Below are positions 59,585 to 64,000 of a DNA stretch of 64,000 bases, in pieces. Source of the stretch: Nitrosarchaeum sp. GTDB lineage: Archaea > Thermoproteota > Nitrososphaeria > Nitrososphaerales > Nitrosopumilaceae. The notes beneath the pieces are model-generated. The model saw only the letters and a program-made list of their open reading frames with translations, did no database searches and had not been told where the DNA came from. The first letter of the stretch is position 1; every line of letters begins with the position of its first letter. The DNA lies in the NCBI GenBank assembly GCA_965223865.1, contig OZ245020.1, positions 1,376,001 to 1,440,000 of the forward strand. The letters are read 5' to 3'. The position numbers were made by a program, and so were the translations under genes.

Positions 59585-59848
59585 ATGAGACAAATTTTTG
59601 TTGCACTTGTAGTTTGCATTCCTTTAACATTGGCCGCATTATTTATTGTAAATAATGTACTCTCAGATACCTTTCCATTGTTTAGAGAAGATCCAATGAA
59701 TGAATTAGATTTTATCAAGCAAACCTATGAGGCAGGATTAGATCATTGTGAAAACAACTATGATAACGTTGAAAAAATAAATAAAATTGAAGAATATAGA
59801 GAATGTATTGATTCAGTAGAAATATGGTATTTGGAAAATTCAAAATAA
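59585..59848 (+). CDS. Small membrane-anchored hypothetical protein
   Basis: N-terminal TM helix; two further Cys. Confidence 0.65.
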   Translation: MRQIFVALVVCIPLTLAALFIVNNVLSDTFPLFREDPMNELDFIKQTYEAGLDHCENNYDNVEKINKIEEYRECIDSVEIWYLENSK

Positions 59849-59905
59849 TCAATTTAAATTTCCAATAAAAAAAATTTACTTTAATCAAATTTCAAGTCAA
59901 ATCTG

Positions 59906-61282
59906 TTAAATTGGTCTTCCTTTGTATTGATAGTCAATTACCTTATGAAAAGTATTGTGTGATGCTATAACCGCTAATGCAGCCAATGCAGCCCAAATAA
60001 AGTTTCTAATTGTAATCCATTCGTTTGGCTGATTAATTATTAGTGAAGTATCAAATATGACATAAAAGTTATCAAACAACCAAAAGGCCAAAGTTATCCA
60101 GGATAATACGCCAGCAATGAGAAACCCCAATCTTGTTTTGTTTCTAACAAAAATTATTGCAGCAATTATTGCAATGTACCAAATAACTCCTCCTAAAATC
60201 CAAACAGGTTCAAATATCTCAGGACGGTCATCTAACCAGTAATAAGTAGTTCCAAGAATTGCCATTGCAAATAATGATGCACATAAAAGATTTTGATTGA
60301 TTTTAAACCCAGAACGTTCTTCTCTTGGTGGTGTGGAGGGAGGGTTTTCTAGTATTTCTTTTGTTGCAATATCAATGGCATCCTTAACGGATTTGAGTTT
60401 TAATGGAATGATTTTTGATATAGAATCATCTGTCACCACCGTATCATGAACAAGGCTATCAATTAATGGCCTAGCAAGAGAGGCTTTTACAGGAGTGATT
60501 AAGTCGACCCAGTATGAAGAAAGTCGAGTGGTAAGAAAAGGAATTTGAATAACAAATAGTCTTTTATCTAGATATTTTGCATATACTCGCATTAGTTCTT
60601 CATATGTCATTTTGTCTGAGCCACCAATTTCATAGATATGTCCGGCTGTTTTTGAATTCTCCATACATCCTGTAAGATATTCTATAACATCATCTACTGC
60701 TATAGGTTGTGCAATAGACTTTACCCAGGAGGGACAAACCATCACTGGTAATCTTTCCACCAAATATCTCAACATTGCATAAGAACCCCCTTGAGCCCCT
60801 ATAATCAGGGATGCTCGCAGTTCTGTTACGGGTATTTTTCCAGATGCGAGAATCTCGCCAACCTCCTTTCGACTTTTCATATGTGGGGATAATTCCAGAC
60901 TATCATTAACAAGGCCGCCAAGATAGATTATTCTTTTTACACCAGCTTTGGTTGCAGCCTCAAGAAAGTTTTCAGCCTGAATCATTTCTCGTGAGGCAAA
61001 TTCTTTCCAATTCTCCTTACTGCCTTCCATGGAATGAAGCAAGTAATATGCAATCTCAATTCCACTTAAAGCATCTTCAAGCTGTTTTGAATCAAAAACG
61101 TCAGCCTTAACATATTTTACTTTTGCAGTATCAGGAATTTCTCTTCTAGACATCCCCTTTACATAATATCCTTTTTTTGAAAGATAAGATATTAAACGAG
61201 ATCCAATAAAACCAGTTGCACCTGTAACTAAAATATTGTATTGTTTGTGTTTTTTACTAGTATCAGTTGACTGTTGGGACAT
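59906..61282 (-). CDS. YbjT-like NAD(P)-dependent epimerase/SDR with C-terminal four-TM domain
   Basis: VTGATGFIG, AYYLLHSM, IIYLGGL and QPIAVDDV motifs. Confidence 0.88.
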   Translation of the reverse strand: MSQQSTDTSKKHKQYNILVTGATGFIGSRLISYLSKKGYYVKGMSRREIPDTAKVKYVKADVFDSKQLEDALSGIEIAYYLLHSMEGSKENWKEFASREMIQAENFLEAATKAGVKRIIYLGGLVNDSLELSPHMKSRKEVGEILASGKIPVTELRASLIIGAQGGSYAMLRYLVERLPVMVCPSWVKSIAQPIAVDDVIEYLTGCMENSKTAGHIYEIGGSDKMTYEELMRVYAKYLDKRLFVIQIPFLTTRLSSYWVDLITPVKASLARPLIDSLVHDTVVTDDSISKIIPLKLKSVKDAIDIATKEILENPPSTPPREERSGFKINQNLLCASLFAMAILGTTYYWLDDRPEIFEPVWILGGVIWYIAIIAAIIFVRNKTRLGFLIAGVLSWITLAFWLFDNFYVIFDTSLIINQPNEWITIRNFIWAALAALAVIASHNTFHKVIDYQYKGRPI

Positions 61283-61970
61283 TTCTACTTAATCCTTTCA
61301 TTTTTCTTTTTCGTATTATAATTAGGAGGATAATTCCAGGTATTGCAATTAATATGCAGAAAAAGATTGCAATGGAGGAATAATCATTTACTAATATCTT
61401 TGTATCAAGCCATGCTTTAGGCAAAATTGAAAAAAAATCAGTTCCTGAAAAATCTTCTATTGTTCCTATCGCCAAGCTATACTTGCCTGCTTGATTTTTC
61501 TCATCTAACACTATAACAAAATATTTACCCTCAGTAGTAAGTGTGGTTTTTATCTCCTGCCTTTCCCAATATGTTACCTGGCCAAAAGGTTCATAGAATT
61601 CTCTTCCTGGAAATTCTCCATCATACACAACTTTTTCCATGACTGCGTGACTATCCAGTAGAGAACTATCTTTTTCAAGATAACTACCATTTAACAAAAT
61701 GAGAGTGGGTGAATATTCTTCCAATCCTGAAATTTTTGGAACAACTATACTAGCATAAAATGAATCACCAGGTTTTGCATAAAATGAATAGAATTTTTTC
61801 TCAGTTGAGCCCAGATTTTCGTAGACGGCCCAGGAAATTTTATGGTCCGGAATCTCTAAGGCCATCTCTAAACTTCTGTGCGTATCATCGTGACTAATTA
61901 ACTTGTGTCCATATGCGGGACCTATTGAAATAGTTAACAAAACAAAAAGTCCAATTATAATTTTTTTCAC
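61263..61970 (-). CDS. Secreted/membrane-anchored hypothetical protein
   Basis: Signal peptide ending AYG-H; FYEPFGQVTYW; GKYSLAIG; C-terminal TM plus basic tail; GTG 61970. Confidence 0.75.
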   Translation of the reverse strand: MKKIIIGLFVLLTISIGPAYGHKLISHDDTHRSLEMALEIPDHKISWAVYENLGSTEKKFYSFYAKPGDSFYASIVVPKISGLEEYSPTLILLNGSYLEKDSSLLDSHAVMEKVVYDGEFPGREFYEPFGQVTYWERQEIKTTLTTEGKYFVIVLDEKNQAGKYSLAIGTIEDFSGTDFFSILPKAWLDTKILVNDYSSIAIFFCILIAIPGIILLIIIRKRKMKGLSRNVPTVN

Positions 61971-62020
61971 ATGAATAATATTCAGAAATAGTATTTTAAT
62001 ACCACTAGAACCTTCGCTGG

Positions 62021-62030
62021 TTAGCACTAG
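62021..62030 (+). promoter_or_regulatory. TTAGCACTAG box 5
   Basis: 19 nt before TCAAATATAA and 48 nt before ATG 62078. Confidence 0.75.
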
Positions 62031-62077
62031 TTTCAAACTAGAGTAGTGTTCAAATATAAAAAAAACAAAACATGATT

Positions 62078-62188
62078 ATGAATTTAATTTCAGTCCAAAA
62101 ATGCAGTAAATGTAAAAAAGAGTACCAAGATTGGTCCTGCGATTACTGTTACACAAAGTATATGATTAAACTAGTGGAAGTGAAATGA
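62078..62188 (+). CDS. Zinc-finger microprotein (36 aa)
   Basis: MNLISVQKCSKCKKEYQDWSCDYCYTKYMIKLVEVK*; ends 1 nt before the PPOX ATG. Confidence 0.65.
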   Translation: MNLISVQKCSKCKKEYQDWSCDYCYTKYMIKLVEVK

Positions 62189-62189
62189 T

Positions 62190-62624
62190 ATGCAAAGACT
62201 AGACAGTAAAAAAATAGATCATATCGTCCCAGATACTAAAATTCCCATAAGACTTGGTTACATTAAGCCTAACGGTAATCCAGCTATAATTTCTCTTTGG
62301 TATGTGTGTATTGAGGACATGATATATTGTGCTACCCAAAAAACAGCAAAAATTGTGTCATTCCTTGAAAAAAAACCAGTGTGCGGTTTTGAGATAGCAG
62401 GCGATAAACCTCCATACAAAGGAGTACGAGGTGAAGGAACAGTCAAAATTTTGGATGAGAAAGGCAAAGAGATACTTGATATTTTAATTGACAAATATCT
62501 TGGTAAAAAAGAATCAACGCTATCTCAATTTCTGAAAAATAACTCTAAAACAGAAGTGGCAATTGAAATCACCCCACAAAAAATTTTCAATTATGACTAT
62601 TCTAAAAGAATGAAAGATGTTTGA
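62190..62624 (+). CDS. Pyridoxamine 5'-phosphate oxidase-like (flavin/F420-binding) protein
   Basis: PIRLG..GNP...SLWY, GFEI...PPYKGVRG.G and YDYSKRM motifs. Confidence 0.85.
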   Translation: MQRLDSKKIDHIVPDTKIPIRLGYIKPNGNPAIISLWYVCIEDMIYCATQKTAKIVSFLEKKPVCGFEIAGDKPPYKGVRGEGTVKILDEKGKEILDILIDKYLGKKESTLSQFLKNNSKTEVAIEITPQKIFNYDYSKRMKDV

Positions 62625-62627
62625 AGC

Positions 62628-62759
62628 ATGAAAAAAGACCATGGCTGTCCCACTTGTGGTTCTAAAAACATTGGAAATTTAGAGATGCAAAAAAATAAAG
62701 ACAATACTGTCACATGGAAAAACCAGTGTTATAATTGTAAAAAGTTTTGGTACTCATAA
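62628..62759 (+). CDS. Zinc-ribbon microprotein, TFS/RpoM C-ribbon-like (43 aa)
   Basis: MKKDHGCPTCGSKNIGNLEMQKNKDNTVTWKNQCYNCKKFWYS*. Confidence 0.65.
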   Translation: MKKDHGCPTCGSKNIGNLEMQKNKDNTVTWKNQCYNCKKFWYS

Positions 62760-63044
62760 TAAAATCAAATTTCTTTCTAGTGCCAAAATTATTATTTTTT
62801 CAAATGATGTTATATGATACATTGCTCTTCCCAAGTTATTTCTATCTTCTAGTTTACATCTATCAATCCAATCATTTGCCTCACGCCTTAACGCTCGTTT
62901 AGTTTCGGATAATGGAACCTTAATTTTTGCGTCAGTCCTTTTGCTATGCCATAATATGTCTCCTGCAGTATTACTAATTGCTGTCAACCTGATCGAACTG
63001 TTAAAATCCATTAGCATGTTGAGAAGTTTCTCATACCGACCCAT
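62754..63044 (-). CDS. DUF6659-type protein, probably C-terminally truncated
   Basis: IRLTAI...LGRAMYHITSFEKI; shorter than paralog 3444..3830. Confidence 0.55.
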   Translation of the reverse strand: MGRYEKLLNMLMDFNSSIRLTAISNTAGDILWHSKRTDAKIKVPLSETKRALRREANDWIDRCKLEDRNNLGRAMYHITSFEKIIILALERNLILL

Positions 63045-63142
63045 TAGTTAGAATATTCCCTCAGAGAATAAAAACAGTTTGGTAATTGCTGGAAAAAAAA
63101 TTTGAAAGATTAACTTAAATCTTATATTAAAAATAAGACATT

Positions 63143-63688
63143 ATGGAAATTCCTTATACTGGATTTGTTAAGCAAATATGGGACGAATTTCCACAACTTG
63201 CTGAATGGCACAGGTTTGATGATTCCAATCTTCCAATGTGGAATTTAGATAAATTTGTAGAAGCAGGATATCACAACTTTTTGGCAAATAGAAAACCGCT
63301 CTATCATCTTAGTAAATTAATTGAAAAATATGCCCAAGAAAACGGTGAGCCATTACTTGCAACATTTGAAGAAATTGCTAGGTACAAATTCGTAGAAAGG
63401 AGATACCAGAAAATGATTGAAAATATACCCAAAATTTAGATAGTCGCTGATTATGGGAAAACTGAAATCCAAGTACCTCCAAAAATGGAAATCCTAAATT
63501 GTCGTAACACAGAACTATCAAATGTTTGGACTGTTTTTACAAGAGGACCCTATGGACCTTTTGGTTTAATTGCAGAGGAGTTTGAAGATGGAAAGTTTAG
63601 AGGATTTTTTACACTCAACCCAAATGTTTGCAGATACTCCCTAAAATTAATGGGCAAAATATTAGGCACTAAATTTACAATTCAATAA
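63143..63688 (+). pseudogene. Second DICT-domain gene interrupted by one in-frame TAG
   Basis: ORFs 63143..63439 and 63485..63688 share a frame; PKI*IV aligns with PKTWIV of 58886..59470 (TGG to TAG at 63437). Confidence 0.85.
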
Positions 63689-63785
63689 AGTTCTGCGCCA
63701 AGTCAAATATTTAAAAAACCTAAATCTGAAATTATTTCCAAATATTCGATATATCAGAAATTAAAAAATAATAAAAATAAAAAAA

Positions 63786-64000
63786 TTAGTTGTGTCGTGG
63801 AGTTGCTTTCCCTGTAACCTTTACAATATCAGGATCTGAGCAAATTGTTTGAACATTTTTGATGCTCATCAAGCCTGAAAAGATTACACCGTCACCCCAT
63901 CTGCTGGTAGTTACCTCTATTGGATATTTGTCTCTGCCTTCTTCTTGTTTTTGATGAAGGTCTACTCCATCTTTATAGTAGACATAGAGATTCACATGTG
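63786..64000 (-). CDS. 3' part of a hypothetical protein running off the window
   Basis: Reading frame appears open to the window edge. Confidence 0.5.
   Translation of the reverse strand, partial: HVNLYVYYKDGVDLHQKQEEGRDKYPIEVTTSRWGDGVIFSGLMSIKNVQTICSDPDIVKVTGKATPRHN

Noticed and set aside
62777-62786. 9/10 match CTAGTGCCAA to the regulon motif, plus weaker matches at 57340 and 53082
   Set aside because: They lie in coding sequence or are not at the -48 position relative to any start.
63437-63439. Pyrrolysine or programmed amber readthrough
   Set aside because: The stop aligns with a Trp (one transition away) and no pyl genes are present.

Overview
This is an AT-rich chromosomal segment of an ammonia-oxidising archaeon (Nitrososphaerota; the proteins and gene order look Nitrosopumilus-like). 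Positions 1-47.7 kb are mostly core genes: ilvA, purE/purK, an LLM-thiolase-DUF35 cluster, thrC, type II GAPDH, HMG-CoA synthase, bioD/A/B/F, ccdA-redoxin, an ESCRT-III (CdvB/Snf7) paralog, psmA, the rpl3-rpl6 ribosomal cluster and tRNA-Asn(GTT). Beyond the tRNA lies a more variable region. The main finding is a 53-64 kb accessory island containing a CPD photolyase, two universal stress proteins, a stand-alone CarH-type B12 cap domain, two stand-alone DICT sensory proteins, an SDR/epimerase, a PPOX protein and zinc-finger microproteins. The island holds five exact copies of TTAGCACTAG; four sit at a fixed promoter position, 19 nt before a TATA-like box and 48-49 nt before an ATG. This points to a candidate light/UV-stress regulon. 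Other signals are a secreted protein with three tandem Hcp/tail-tube-like domains, a BirA-box-like GTTAAC-N16-GTTAAC site before both bioB and rpl3, a family of 24-36 bp palindromes after tRNA-Asn, a perfect 15x33-bp coding tandem repeat, many unannotated Cys-rich micro-ORFs and several single-lesion pseudogenes. All calls come from reading the sequence; no searches were run.
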